From an uncultured virus (IMG/VR IMGVR_UViG_3300032073_000002) (taxonomy: Duplodnaviria > Heunggongvirae > Uroviricota > Caudoviricetes), in IMG/VR virus record IMGVR_UViG_3300032073_000002: DNA of 64,000 nt. One strand, written 5' to 3'. Position 1 is the first letter of the stretch. Each line of letters opens with the position of its first letter. Made by a program: the position numbers and the translations under genes. This document shows positions 19,384 through 29,899 of the stretch, piece by piece. Under the pieces are notes generated by a model that had not been told where the DNA came from, did no database searches, and saw only the letters and a program-made list of their open reading frames with translations.

Positions 19384-20585
19384 TACTTATCCCAATTTTT
19401 GATTGCAGTGAAGTTGTTAAATGCAAATTCCATACGGTCTACAAGTTTAACAGCTTTACCTGTTCTGTCGATTGCAACGTAACCTTCGGGGTTAACTGCT
19501 TCGAATCCGTTTGCAGTCTTTTTGAATGTTCCGATACTCTTTACTCTATTTAGGGCAACAATAATAATCTGTTTTGCAACTACCAAGTGACCCATGAAAC
19601 TAGTAAGATTAGTAATAAACTTTTTAAGACCTCTAAGTTCTCTTGAAAGGTCTTCACCAATCTCTGTTTTAATTAATTTGTGTTTCTCTGTTTTAACACC
19701 ACCAACAACTTTATCTTTCCAATATCCTTCAAAGTGTTTAATGTACCCATCGAATGATGGATTGAACTTACCTTGTCTGATTAATGAGTTACAGTAAGTC
19801 TTATAGGATGCACCAGCACCTTTCTTTGTGATAGTCATCTGTATATCTTGAAACTTCTGTAAGTCTTTCCTAGTAATACCATGGAAAGCTTTACCTGTTG
19901 CAGTCAACTCTTGTGTTAGTTTGAGAGTCTCCTTTGAAGTCATTGAACTATTACCACTGACATCTTTGTATGATGCATCATCTATCCATACATCACTACT
20001 AGAACCTAATTTAGATATGTTTGCACCAAATGATGCACTCAATCCTTCTATAGTACTACCCTCGTATGTGGTGTGGAATACAATGCCCATCTTAGAACCT
20101 GCTATAACTTTACCAAGGTTTGAGGATTCATCCACTGCATATAAAATTGTGTTTGGTTGAAATGTTATGAATGATTTACCATCTATCTTTTGTGTTTTCT
20201 TATCGTTTGTATACATCAAGTCACCTTGCATGACATTTGACCAAGATAGTTTAGATAGATATTTGAATGATGTTAAGAATTTCTCTTTGAGTTGTCCACT
20301 TAGTTCTTCTGCATTTTTTATATCATGTTCAGAAGTGTAGAACAATGGTGTCTTATTGAATAATGATTTCTTTGCAACAAAGAATTGACCAGTCTCGGGG
20401 TGTTTTCCACAGAAAATAGCAGGAGCTCCATCCCATTTAACAGTCATGTTTACAGAACTAGAAGAATTACCCTTCATCATGTCTCTTAGACCTTGAAGAA
20501 AGTTAATTGCACCACGACCACCATCAATTCCTTGATTGATGATTTCGTCTTCTAAATGTTCTAAATGTAGATTTTTTGCACTCAT
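19383..20585 (-). CDS. conserved T4-like protein with RNA/DNA ligase-like nucleotidyltransferase motifs
   Basis: TVKWDGAP (motif I KxDG), QGDLMY, PEGYV, VKLVDR (motifs IV and V). Confidence 0.65.
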   Translation of the reverse strand: MSAKNLHLEHLEDEIINQGIDGGRGAINFLQGLRDMMKGNSSSSVNMTVKWDGAPAIFCGKHPETGQFFVAKKSLFNKTPLFYTSEHDIKNAEELSGQLKEKFLTSFKYLSKLSWSNVMQGDLMYTNDKKTQKIDGKSFITFQPNTILYAVDESSNLGKVIAGSKMGIVFHTTYEGSTIEGLSASFGANISKLGSSSDVWIDDASYKDVSGNSSMTSKETLKLTQELTATGKAFHGITRKDLQKFQDIQMTITKKGAGASYKTYCNSLIRQGKFNPSFDGYIKHFEGYWKDKVVGGVKTEKHKLIKTEIGEDLSRELRGLKKFITNLTSFMGHLVVAKQIIIVALNRVKSIGTFKKTANGFEAVNPEGYVAIDRTGKAVKLVDRMEFAFNNFTAIKNWDK

Positions 20586-20592
20586 AATAGAT

Positions 20593-20629
20593 ATTATACA
20601 CCAAAATGGTGTCCTTGTCTACTATTTAT
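20593..20629 (-). promoter_or_regulatory. tandem late (ATAAATA) and sigma70-type (TAGACA-N17-TATAAT) promoters
   Basis: Both elements are visible directly upstream of the ligase-like gene. Confidence 0.6.
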
Positions 20630-20636
20630 GCATTTT

Positions 20637-21026
20637 TTAGCTGTCTGCTAGGGTTGTATCACCAGCATCGATTCTTGCTTGGATGTGAGCCATGTCTGTT
20701 GTATAAGAATCTATTGAACCTTGAATGGTTGCAACCATTTCTGAATTATATTGAAAGTCACCTGCTGGAGAACCGTTTTCTGTTCCTTGCATTTCTGCAT
20801 ACATATCTACAAAGTGTTGGTCTAATTCATTTTCGTTTACACCTTGTGCATTATGCCAAACTAAGAATGCTTTTCTACCAGCTCCTGTCCACTCTGCTGG
20901 AGATGTAGATGATTTAGATGCACCAGTGAAGTAAGTTTTGTCCACTCCATTATGCCAATCCAATTGGTCTTGTAATTTGGTTTTAGCTGCAGTTTGAACT
21001 GCAATTAGGTCTGTAAGTTCTGACAT
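20637..21026 (-). CDS. hypothetical protein
   Basis: 129 aa ORF with GGAG RBS and late promoter. Confidence 0.6.
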   Translation of the reverse strand: MSELTDLIAVQTAAKTKLQDQLDWHNGVDKTYFTGASKSSTSPAEWTGAGRKAFLVWHNAQGVNENELDQHFVDMYAEMQGTENGSPAGDFQYNSEMVATIQGSIDSYTTDMAHIQARIDAGDTTLADS

Positions 21027-21056
21027 GTATAACTCCGTATGTATTTACTGAATTAT

Positions 21057-21233
21057 TTATGTTTTGGAGAGCGGTGTCGAATGTAGTTTATCATCGATTT
21101 TATCGATTTTCTTTGATATTTTCTTAGAGGCGGTATCGTTATTCTCTCTTTTGGCTTCTCGGAGTTTCTTCTTCAATGCAATTTTTTCTTCAATTGCACT
21201 TATCACATCTGTCGATTTCAAGTTAGTAGTCAT
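21057..21233 (-). CDS. small basic coiled-coil protein (58 aa; not in ORF track)
   Basis: MTTNLKSTDVISAIEEKIALKKKLREAK...; TATAAATA upstream. Confidence 0.55.
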   Translation of the reverse strand: MTTNLKSTDVISAIEEKIALKKKLREAKRENNDTASKKISKKIDKIDDKLHSTPLSKT

Positions 21234-21262
21234 AATATAGTAGTATTTATAGCATCTATATA

Positions 21263-21914
21263 TTATCCAGTAATAACAGTATCTTCAATTCTCATGATAT
21301 CAGTTCCCTTTATTCTAATGTTACCCGATAATGTTATCCTAGGATTAGTACTTAAGTTTGGTGATACTGCATGATAGATGTGTGATGGAAAGAAGTATAG
21401 AGTTCCTTTACCTTTTAAAGGTGGTACATAATCTACTGAGGTTCCGTAAGCAAGTAAAAACTCTTTTAAACAAACTTCACTATTAGAAGCATGTCTGTTC
21501 TTAAATACAATATGTGAGTCTCCAGCTTGATGTATGTAACACCATGAGAAATCAGAAAACTTATCACCTTGATGGTCATGTGCATCTTGGAATCCATGTT
21601 CTTCATATACATTAATCCAAGGAACTTCTAACACACTTTTCAACATTTGATTTGGGCCTAGAGATTCTAGATAGTGTTGAAATTCATCAAATACAGTATC
21701 AGTTACAACATTGTAATCTACATTATTATTCTCTTCCACACCTTGTGATGTTTTACATTTACTGAATGTAAATTCTTCTTTACATAACTCATCAATGTCT
21801 ATGGTTTTAAACCATTCATCTATACCGTCTGAATTTATTGTCACTGCTGTTATAGGGTGTCCCCATAACAAATCGTCAGACCTTAAACTCTGAGAAGTCT
21901 CTTCGTTGTCCATC
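21263..21914 (-). CDS. putative 2OG-Fe(II) oxygenase (start uncertain)
   Basis: WINVY..HGFQDAHDH, GTLYFFPSHIYHAV, RITLSGN. Confidence 0.8.
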
Positions 21915-23276
21915 ATTTCTTCCTCTATCAAATACAGGAACATCATCATTCTCAACGGCTGAGTCAATGAGTTCTTCCTGTGCTTCTTGTTCACAGTCAT
22001 AGAGTTTCATTCTACTTCTGTCTACACCAATGACAAACCTTTTAAATACGGTTGGGTCATTGTATCTATTCTTTAATTGTTTTACTACCATTTGGTCTAG
22101 TTCTTCTAGTTCATCGGATGTAATTAATGCAAACATAAAGTCTGCAGTCGCTGGTAATCCAAATGATTCTGAAGTATCTGTTAGTTCCACATCTGTAGAA
22201 CCATAACCACTACGTGTTGTTTGTGTTGCACTCATGATTGGTACATCAAACTCTACTGCAAGTCCTCTGAGTTCCTCTGCAATACTCTTAACTAGAGTAT
22301 AAGAGTTTGCACCAGCTCCTGGCTTGACTCTTGCACTTGCACAGATATTTAGGTAATCGATATAAATCATATCGGGTTTAAAATCTTTCTTGATATTCAA
22401 CTCTTGAAGTAGATGTCTGAAGTGACCTACATGAGCTGATGCAGTTGGATATTCTTTTACAATAAGTTTACCTTGTGTCTTCTCTTTGATTTTATCAATC
22501 TTTTTATCAAACTGTTTCTTAGATAAGTCGGGTAAATCTTTCATAGGAATGTTCAATGTATTTGAATCAATCCTCTCTGCAATTCTTTCCTCTGACATTT
22601 CCAATGTAATGTAAAGTACATTCTTGTTCATCATTAAGTTTGCAGATGCCATATGACACATGAACAATGACTTACCAACACCAGTACCAGCAAGACATAT
22701 GTTTAGAGTTTTGTTTGGTAATCCACCTTTGGTAACTTTGTTGAAATATTCTAAATCAAATGGAAGTTTCTCTTCTTCAGTGTGATAAAAATCAAATCTC
22801 TCATCTGAGTTTTCAATGAAATCGTGACCAATGTTAGTGTCAAACGATACAGATAAAGCTTCTTTTAAAAGGTCGGGTATTTCTCCAGTCGAACGTTGGG
22901 ACTTTTTGTCGATGACTTCGATACTGTCCATGACTGCAATATAGATTGCTCTATCTTGACACCACTTTTCAGTTTCTTCCACCAACCAATCGATTGGTGT
23001 GTCTTCTTTGTCCTTACTAATACTATCTACAATAGTTTTTGCACTAGATAAAACACTGTCATTGAGTGACGAGTTGTTATCTAGATTTATGAGAAGTGCT
23101 TCCACTGTAGGTGGTTTAGTGTACTTGTCGAAATAGGAACCTACTTCGTTGAACACGGTCTTCTCGTCCGACTCGGAGAAATACTCTTCCTTAAGGAATG
23201 GTATTACCTTCCTTGCAAACTCTTCACTCTGAACTAGGTTGTTCAGTATCGTCTGTTCTAGTCTCACTGTTTCCAT
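21876..23276 (-). CDS. gp41: replicative helicase (T4 gp41, DnaB-like)
   Basis: [35 protein letters not shown]. Confidence 0.96.
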   Translation of the reverse strand: METVRLEQTILNNLVQSEEFARKVIPFLKEEYFSESDEKTVFNEVGSYFDKYTKPPTVEALLINLDNNSSLNDSVLSSAKTIVDSISKDKEDTPIDWLVEETEKWCQDRAIYIAVMDSIEVIDKKSQRSTGEIPDLLKEALSVSFDTNIGHDFIENSDERFDFYHTEEEKLPFDLEYFNKVTKGGLPNKTLNICLAGTGVGKSLFMCHMASANLMMNKNVLYITLEMSEERIAERIDSNTLNIPMKDLPDLSKKQFDKKIDKIKEKTQGKLIVKEYPTASAHVGHFRHLLQELNIKKDFKPDMIYIDYLNICASARVKPGAGANSYTLVKSIAEELRGLAVEFDVPIMSATQTTRSGYGSTDVELTDTSESFGLPATADFMFALITSDELEELDQMVVKQLKNRYNDPTVFKRFVIGVDRSRMKLYDCEQEAQEELIDSAVENDDVPVFDRGRNDGQRRDFSEFKV

Positions 23277-24279
23277 ATTTGAAATATTCCTGTGCTTTCT
23301 CTTCGAGAAGTCCCATCACCTCGGGGGTAAAGTGTTTCTCGGGATTGTTATTAATTGTCTTACCGAATTCGGTTTTACCTGTAGGTAGTTTAACACGAGT
23401 TCCTTCTTTTGTAAAGACGCCAAATGCAAGTGCCATGTCTAATAGACCATAGTACCTATCCAATCCTTTCTCATAAGAAAGTCTAACATCCACTATTCTA
23501 TTCTCAACTGTCAATCTTGACTTTGCATTCTTACAGTGGATTATATTTCCGATAACTTCTGTTCCATCTTTCTCTTTTTTCTTTGAAAGATAAATGATTG
23601 ATGATGCAGCGTACTTGAGTCCACTACCACCACCCATTTCTTTCTGAGGGAACATAGAACCAATCACATCATATGTGTGGTTCGTAACTATCATAGGAAC
23701 ACCAACACGTCCTAGTTTAAGAGTCAATACTCTGAATGCACCTTTTACTACTTGGGCTCTCGTCATATCTTTTGTCTCTTTACCTTCTGCAGTGTCTTCA
23801 ATTTCTTTAGTAGTTGATAACATACCAAGTGAATCTAAACACATCATCATAGGTGGACGTTTGGATTTTGGGGTTTCTGCATACTTATCTAGTATGCTGA
23901 TTGCTTGATTTCTGAATTCTTGTACAGTAACAACTGGTACGATTACCATTCTATTGGAATCAATTCCTCTAGATTCAATCATATCTTTTGATATTGCTGA
24001 CTCAGACTCAAAGTATATAACTGCAGAATCGGGATTATCAGATAGGAATTGTTTTACCATGCCTAATGCAAAGTAAGTTTTACCTGTTGCTGATTCTCCT
24101 GCGATTGCAGTAATTTTGTTGTCGGGAAGTCCACCGTATAGTGAACCACTTAATAATGCATTGAAAATGTGACTACCTGTGTCTACAAAGGTATCAACAT
24201 CCCCAGCTGCAACACCGTCGGAAACTACATTTGCATATTCGTTTCCCGATGCTTTTACTAAATCTTTAATAAATGACAT
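23224..24279 (-). CDS. uvsX: RecA-like recombinase
   Basis: [28 protein letters not shown]. Confidence 0.95.
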   Translation of the reverse strand: MSFIKDLVKASGNEYANVVSDGVAAGDVDTFVDTGSHIFNALLSGSLYGGLPDNKITAIAGESATGKTYFALGMVKQFLSDNPDSAVIYFESESAISKDMIESRGIDSNRMVIVPVVTVQEFRNQAISILDKYAETPKSKRPPMMMCLDSLGMLSTTKEIEDTAEGKETKDMTRAQVVKGAFRVLTLKLGRVGVPMIVTNHTYDVIGSMFPQKEMGGGSGLKYAASSIIYLSKKKEKDGTEVIGNIIHCKNAKSRLTVENRIVDVRLSYEKGLDRYYGLLDMALAFGVFTKEGTRVKLPTGKTEFGKTINNNPEKHFTPEVMGLLEEKAQEYFKYGNSETRTDDTEQPSSE

Positions 24280-24303
24280 AACACTTCTCCATAATGTATA
24301 CCT

Positions 24304-24332
24304 ATTATAGTATATAGTTGGAGATTCGACAA
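24304..24332 (-). promoter_or_regulatory. sigma70-type promoter for uvsX
   Basis: TTGTCG-N17-TATAAT. Confidence 0.55.
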
Positions 24333-24339
24333 GGGGGTT

Positions 24340-24522
24340 TTATAGTTTTTTTTCTATTTTTGTAAGTTGTTTTCCAACTTCTGACATCTTCATATCAAAC
24401 TTAGTATGCTCTTTCATCATTGATGTAAGCTTTGATACGTTTACTTCCAAGTGGATTATAAAGACAAAGATAGTTAATATCATCGCTATATAAAAACAGT
24501 CCATAGCAGTAATAATCATCAT
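24340..24522 (-). CDS. small membrane protein
   Basis: N-terminal TM followed by a coiled segment. Confidence 0.55.
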   Translation of the reverse strand: MMIITAMDCFYIAMILTIFVFIIHLEVNVSKLTSMMKEHTKFDMKMSEVGKQLTKIEKKL

Positions 24523-24523
24523 T

Positions 24524-25036
24524 CTAACTTACCTTATCAATCTGTTCTTGGGTAACAGTTCCTTTCTCTACGAGAAGTTTACGATGTTCCATGTGACGTT
24601 CTGTAGTAGTGTCCTTGTTCTCACCAGTATATTCTACTGCATGATGGTCAAGAATCATTTGTTTATTGACTGATACTCTTTCAGTAGATTCGAATGTCTG
24701 ATGTCCTTCTGATTCATCCATCCAGTCTTCGTCTGAGTCCACTTTATTGACGAATAGTTCTCCAAGTATTCTTCCGAATTTTCCTTTGTCGTGAGATACG
24801 AGGGTAATATCACCTTCTGATAAAAGATGTGTAAGATGTTTCTTAGATGCTTTACCAAATAATTTCTCCACTAAATCTCTTGTACGTGACTCGGGGGTAT
24901 CTATTCCCATAAGACGCACTCTTTGTTTTTTTAGAACTGTAGAAAAGCCTAAGTCAATATCGACATCAACTGTGTCGCCATCTACTATTTTCGAAATTGT
25001 TACGTGAAACTCACTTTGTTTAAACTTTGTCGCCAT
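24524..25036 (-). CDS. thermonuclease (SNase-like); start probably MATKF
   Basis: IVDGDT, VRLMGIDTPE, KGKFGRILG. Confidence 0.85.
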   Translation of the reverse strand: MATKFKQSEFHVTISKIVDGDTVDVDIDLGFSTVLKKQRVRLMGIDTPESRTRDLVEKLFGKASKKHLTHLLSEGDITLVSHDKGKFGRILGELFVNKVDSDEDWMDESEGHQTFESTERVSVNKQMILDHHAVEYTGENKDTTTERHMEHRKLLVEKGTVTQEQIDKVS

Positions 25037-25040
25037 GAAC

Positions 25041-25463
25041 TTATTTAGGATAATTATGTCTGCGATGTGACAATTTTGTATCGTAATCAATCATCGCTCT
25101 TCTGATTGCATCTTCGGCTAACACACTACAATGTAATTTGATTGGTGGTAAGTCTAATGCATCTGCAATATCTTTATCTTTGATTAGTTTTGCTTCTTCT
25201 ATCGTTTTACCCATCATCATATCAACAAACATAGATGAACTTGCAATTGCACTTCCACAACCATAAGTCTTAAACTTTACGTCAATGATTTTTTCTTCGT
25301 CATCTAATAATAATTGAAGTTGCATCACATCCCCACAAGCTGGTGCGCCTGCAAGTCCTGTTGCAACATGAGGGTCATCTCTGTCTAGAGAACCAACGGA
25401 GTGTTTTTTGGGGTTTTGGAGTACGGCTTCAAATCTCTCTACTACTTCTTTACTATATGCCAT
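25041..25463 (-). CDS. iscU: Fe-S cluster scaffold protein
   Basis: GAPACGDVM, GCGSAIASSS, LPPIKLHCSVLAEDA. Confidence 0.95.
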   Translation of the reverse strand: MAYSKEVVERFEAVLQNPKKHSVGSLDRDDPHVATGLAGAPACGDVMQLQLLLDDEEKIIDVKFKTYGCGSAIASSSMFVDMMMGKTIEEAKLIKDKDIADALDLPPIKLHCSVLAEDAIRRAMIDYDTKLSHRRHNYPK

Positions 25464-25471
25464 ATTAGTAT

Positions 25472-27964
25472 TTATCCGAAAAACGAATCAAGCGAGGCAA
25501 CTGGTTCTACATTCCAGCCAATCTTTTCTATAACCACCTTCAATGGTTCTATGAATGACTTGTCAAATTGCATGTCATAATTCAAATACTTGTGTAAGTC
25601 CATTTCTCTTGGTAACACATTTAGAAATGATATGACGTTTTCGTTGATTGGGTTAGGTGTTGTGAGATATGTAAAGTGTAGTTTCTCTCCACTCTTAATC
25701 AACTCATAACGTTTGTGAATGTTCTTTTGTTTTAGGTGATGATTGTAAAGTAAGGCACCGCGTACGTGTATGGGTGTACCCTTGGTGTAAATCATTGTTG
25801 GGTCTGCATACTGTCCGAGATTATTACAACCTCTTGGTGAAGACATTTCTTCGGGTGGTAACCTACGGAAGTCCATACGAGCACCTTCAACAAAATCCCA
25901 TAGTTCTTCTTCGGTTCCTTGCATCACAATCTTGAATGCATCTGTAAGTTTACCTCTGACCCATTGTGGTGTACTGGACTTTGCAGTCTCAATACCCATC
26001 ATCTTGAGTTTGGGTTCGGCTAGTCTGACTCCTTCGTTGTCGATGACGTTGAGGATGTATCTTTTCTTTGCAGTCCAAATCCCACGGTCTGCGATGACCT
26101 CTCTCCCCATTTCCATCTTCTGTTCGTAGGCATTGGTGTACTCTGCAAGTTCTCTGAAGCCCTCATCAAGAACTTCTTCCATGTGGGATTTTGCAATTGA
26201 GTCGATGAAGTTTGTGATTTTGGTTTTGTTCGTTTCATTAGGCATTACCTTCTGTATCAGTTTGTCTAGTGTTATGTAAACAGAATCAGTATCCATTGCA
26301 ACAACATAGTCTTCATCTGTCTTGAGTGTGGTGTTCAACCAATCATTGATTGTCTTCTCTGCATGTTTGATAATCAACTGACCCGACAATGTGATTGCCT
26401 CTGCAAGTTGTGGGTCAAAGAATGCAAAGTATTGATTTGCCAAAGCACCATAAGCTGAGTTGAGTGCAATCTTTCTAACCTGTTGGTTATTGTAAGAACG
26501 TTTGATTAATGTATTGAGTTCGTTCTTACGTTTCCTATCTGTACAAGTTTGCAGTTCCTTCTGATACTCAATCATTTTACCCTTCCACATCTTACGTTCG
26601 TCATAGAACTTCTGCATAAGTTCGGGAAGGAATCCTTGTTTGTCGTTAGAGAACCTAGCTCCGTTTGGTGTGATACCGAGTGCGCCATCAACAATCGTTT
26701 CTTTGTTGAATAATTTTTCTACAGATGTATCAGTCAATCCTCTTTGCATCTTCTCGGGTGAGATATTATACTGCATGATGATGTGTGGATACAGTGAGTT
26801 CAAATCGAATGAGACGACCCATTCATGTTTACCCACGATAGGTTCTTTGACATATGCACCTTGAATTCTATCACCCTTTGTCTGTGATAGTTTCTGTGGT
26901 GGTGTTGCAATCTTCTGTTCCTTGAGGAAGTTGTAGATGATTGTCTCCCAATACTTAACCATACCAAATGTATCATTGTAATTACATTTTGCATTATAAG
27001 ACATTGCAAGAATCAATTCCATCAATCCTAGTTTGTCTTCTAGGTCTTCTACAAGGGTAACATCCTTTACATTGTATGCAAGGAACTTGGAATAGTTTAG
27101 TCTGTATAGATGATGAAGAGAACCTTCCTCTTCATAACTCACCTTGGCTTTACCTAATTCTACTTGTGCAATGTGGTCTAGTCTGTAAGACTCTTGATTT
27201 ACGAATGTATGTTTTTTGTACAGTTCTAGGTAATCAATTACATTTATTCCGTAAAGGTTGAAGACCTGTTGGGTTGACCCCCAATTGGTTTTGAATTCTC
27301 TGATATCACACATGTTCCATGGTGAAAACTTTTTATGTGATTCTGAGCCGAAGACTCTGTCCACACGATTACAAAGGTAAGTAATGTCAAAAGTGTTAAC
27401 ATTCCACCCAGTAATGATGTCGAACTTTTCTTTTCTCCAGTACTTGATGAACTGTTCAAGTAGGTCTTTCTCATCCTGTGCTTCATGATATGTTACGTTC
27501 GCTGGTTTGTCATCCCACGGCCCAATCCCGAATGTGTGAGCCATGAATCTAAATGGTTTGATTGTAATTGCATTGACCTTCTCGAAAGCTTGCATGGGTT
27601 CGGGAAACCCATCTTCACATTCACACTCAATATCGAGTGTTGCAATCTTGATAACCTTTGGGTCATACTTAATATCACCTTGAAACTTGTCTGCAATATA
27701 TGTATAGATGTATCTATCGTATCCATGGATTTCCATTCCTGCTGTTCCAGCAAATTTTTCACGGAACTTTCTTGCACCACCCATCGAACTGAGATTTACA
27801 GCCTCAAGGTTCTTCCCATCCAATGACTTGAATGCAGAAGGTTTTTTTGTTGGGACGTAATGGTTTGGACGGTAGTCCACAGACATTTGAACCTGTTTCT
27901 TACCTTGATAACCTTTTACGAGTATTTTGTCGCGTGTTCGACAGACATTTGTGTAGAAATCCAT
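25472..27964 (-). CDS. gp43: family B DNA polymerase (T4 gp43-like)
   Basis: DIE exonuclease I, SFDLNSLYP, KIALNSAYG, MDTDS, KKRY. Confidence 0.97.
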   Translation of the reverse strand: MDFYTNVCRTRDKILVKGYQGKKQVQMSVDYRPNHYVPTKKPSAFKSLDGKNLEAVNLSSMGGARKFREKFAGTAGMEIHGYDRYIYTYIADKFQGDIKYDPKVIKIATLDIECECEDGFPEPMQAFEKVNAITIKPFRFMAHTFGIGPWDDKPANVTYHEAQDEKDLLEQFIKYWRKEKFDIITGWNVNTFDITYLCNRVDRVFGSESHKKFSPWNMCDIREFKTNWGSTQQVFNLYGINVIDYLELYKKHTFVNQESYRLDHIAQVELGKAKVSYEEEGSLHHLYRLNYSKFLAYNVKDVTLVEDLEDKLGLMELILAMSYNAKCNYNDTFGMVKYWETIIYNFLKEQKIATPPQKLSQTKGDRIQGAYVKEPIVGKHEWVVSFDLNSLYPHIIMQYNISPEKMQRGLTDTSVEKLFNKETIVDGALGITPNGARFSNDKQGFLPELMQKFYDERKMWKGKMIEYQKELQTCTDRKRKNELNTLIKRSYNNQQVRKIALNSAYGALANQYFAFFDPQLAEAITLSGQLIIKHAEKTINDWLNTTLKTDEDYVVAMDTDSVYITLDKLIQKVMPNETNKTKITNFIDSIAKSHMEEVLDEGFRELAEYTNAYEQKMEMGREVIADRGIWTAKKRYILNVIDNEGVRLAEPKLKMMGIETAKSSTPQWVRGKLTDAFKIVMQGTEEELWDFVEGARMDFRRLPPEEMSSPRGCNNLGQYADPTMIYTKGTPIHVRGALLYNHHLKQKNIHKRYELIKSGEKLHFTYLTTPNPINENVISFLNVLPREMDLHKYLNYDMQFDKSFIEPLKVVIEKIGWNVEPVASLDSFFG

Positions 27965-27970
27965 ACAGTA

Positions 27971-27999
27971 ATTATACTACAGTGGGTCTATTCTGTCAA
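27971..27999 (-). promoter_or_regulatory. consensus sigma70 promoter for gp43
   Basis: TTGACA-N17-TATAAT, 6 nt before ATG. Confidence 0.8.
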
Positions 28000-28224
28000 T
28001 GTTCTTTTGTTCTCGAAATCGAAATTATTTAGAGCAGCCGACTTGATATCTGTCCAGTATGAAATTCTTTCTAATTCTTTCTCTACTGTTTCCATTGTGT
28101 CGGGATGTTCTGCAACACCTACTGCATTTTTTGTGAGGACTTCTACATTGATTTTGTGTTTCTCAATCATTGCATCAGCCTGTTTGATTTGTGCGTTAAG
28201 CACTTTTGATGTAAAATCTACCAT
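27988..28224 (-). CDS. conserved phage hypothetical protein
   Basis: NAVGVAEHPDTMETVEKEL motif; coupled ORF. Confidence 0.6.
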   Translation of the reverse strand: MVDFTSKVLNAQIKQADAMIEKHKINVEVLTKNAVGVAEHPDTMETVEKELERISYWTDIKSAALNNFDFENKRTLTE

Positions 28225-28490
28225 TATTTATTTCCAGTTAATACCTTGTAGTTTGTTGCAAGGTTTGGTCTAGGTTCAAAACATGCCACTACTCTGACTT
28301 TTGATATGTCAAAGGTAAAATCCTTTGCATAAGGAATCCATGGAGCTAGACCCACTTCCATTTGTTCCCCTTCTACTGATACGATACAAGCATGTGCTTC
28401 TTCTACAGTATATTTAAAAAACGACTCTTTCACTTTACCAATAACAACGTCTCCGTTTTCTAAACGGAGACACTTGATAAGATTAGACAT
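28224..28490 (-). CDS. Sm-like fold hypothetical protein
   Basis: IKCLRLENGDVVIG...GLAPWIPY pattern. Confidence 0.55.
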   Translation of the reverse strand: MSNLIKCLRLENGDVVIGKVKESFFKYTVEEAHACIVSVEGEQMEVGLAPWIPYAKDFTFDISKVRVVACFEPRPNLATNYKVLTGNK

Positions 28491-28932
28491 TTAATACAAG
28501 CTCCTGTAGTTCTTTCGAACGTCTTCCGACCTGTCCAAACCATTTGGAATCTTCCATTTCATATGCCATTTTTTTCCAATCATGAGCTCTAGCTGCACCT
28601 ATCATACCTTTAAAGTATCCTAGTCTTGTTGCACCTAAGTTAAAAGTCATGTTGACTAATACATGTTGTATATCTTCGGGTAGATTATAAAATGCTTCAT
28701 CGCTTCCAAAAACATGAATTGCTTCTGCAACGTGTTTATCAAAATCATAATCATATACATCATCAACTCTTTGTTGTGATACTGGTGTTCCAACTGGTTG
28801 ACCATGTTCGGGGTCACCTTCTTTGATTAGATGTCCCACTCCAAAAGTTAAGTATCCTAATGAGTCTGCATAGACTTCTAATACTTCACCTTCGTGTCTT
28901 TTAATTTGTTCCTTCAATATTTCCCTGTTCAT
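28483..28932 (-). CDS. phage lysozyme (GH24, T4 lysozyme-like)
   Basis: HEG....YADSLGYLTFGVGHL (E/D/T catalytic pattern), NMTFNLG, DSKWFGQVGRR. Confidence 0.9.
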   Translation of the reverse strand: MNREILKEQIKRHEGEVLEVYADSLGYLTFGVGHLIKEGDPEHGQPVGTPVSQQRVDDVYDYDFDKHVAEAIHVFGSDEAFYNLPEDIQHVLVNMTFNLGATRLGYFKGMIGAARAHDWKKMAYEMEDSKWFGQVGRRSKELQELVLNV

Positions 28933-29087
28933 AATTCTTGATACTCTCCTAAGTATGTTCCACCGTTGTCGGCAATGTATTGTGCAACTTTAGCATCAAA
29001 GTCAGACTCATCCGTATAAGTTATTTCGGGATAAATCATTTCTCCGTTATCTAGTTGTATTTTTACTTGTCTTGCATTATTTGGCAT
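28929..29087 (-). CDS. small hypothetical protein (52 aa; not in ORF track)
   Basis: MPNNARQVKIQLDNGEMIYPEI...GEYQEL fills the gap with coupled ends. Confidence 0.5.
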   Translation of the reverse strand: MPNNARQVKIQLDNGEMIYPEITYTDESDFDAKVAQYIADNGGTYLGEYQEL

Positions 29088-29382
29088 CTTGTTCTCGTTT
29101 CATTTGTTCATCGACCAATTCCATGAGGATTTCACCCATGAGGTCATTTAATTCACTATTATTTAGGAGTTCCTCAAGTCCAATATCTGTCTTTTCTTGG
29201 CCGTGTGGAAACCTTCTTATAGTTCTTTGGAAGTTAATATTTGGTTTACCTTCTTCGAATTGTAACTTACCATATTGGTATACTAATCCATCCCATTCTC
29301 CACCAGTCAATTCAATAGCTGCATCTTCTTCGGATGGATTTTCTACTACCATGTAGACCTTTTTATCAAATAATTCTGGCAT
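29077..29382 (-). CDS. conserved phage hypothetical protein
   Basis: AIELTGGEWDGLVYQYGKL motif. Confidence 0.6.
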   Translation of the reverse strand: MPELFDKKVYMVVENPSEEDAAIELTGGEWDGLVYQYGKLQFEEGKPNINFQRTIRRFPHGQEKTDIGLEELLNNSELNDLMGEILMELVDEQMKREQDAK

Positions 29383-29899
29383 AAATTTCTTCCTCTATTT
29401 TCATAGATGATTCTATTGAATCATTATCACGAATCTGTAGTTGTCCTAACAAGTTCATGTTTGTTAATATATTATTTATCTGACTTCTTCTTCCCTTTAA
29501 CCACACTTCTGATTGTGTGTCTCCTCTTTCTGCATGACGATTATGTTCTTCTTCTAGTCCTACAGTAAGTACATAGACTCTTGCTTCATGATTATCCATT
29601 AACCATTCTATGTCTACTCCTCTAAAGTATCTGTCACCTTCTATAAGAACATGTTTGTATGCAATGTTCATTGCTTCAATGAACTCTCTAAACTGTGGGA
29701 TAGAACCGTGAGAGAGCTTATCAGTTCCGCCGAATGTCTCTCCCTCGGGATATTGACCGACTACTAATATGTCACCATGTTCTTGGCACTTAAATAGTTT
29801 CATCGGTTCAATTAGATTGGGTTCATCTAACCTAGAGATAAGTCTTCTCATGAGAGTTGACTTTCCCGAACATGGAACTCCACCAACCATTATAATCAT
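29366..29899 (-). CDS. P-loop kinase (nucleotide/DNA-base kinase-like)
   Basis: GGVPCSGKST, FGGTDKLS, LIEGDR, RHAERG. Confidence 0.75.
   Translation of the reverse strand: MIIMVGGVPCSGKSTLMRRLISRLDEPNLIEPMKLFKCQEHGDILVVGQYPEGETFGGTDKLSHGSIPQFREFIEAMNIAYKHVLIEGDRYFRGVDIEWLMDNHEARVYVLTVGLEEEHNRHAERGDTQSEVWLKGRRSQINNILTNMNLLGQLQIRDNDSIESSMKIEEEIYARII

Noticed and set aside
1262..27964. Introns or inteins in nrdA, nrdB, gp41 or gp43
   Set aside because: All are continuous ORFs of normal length with no intein or homing-endonuclease motifs
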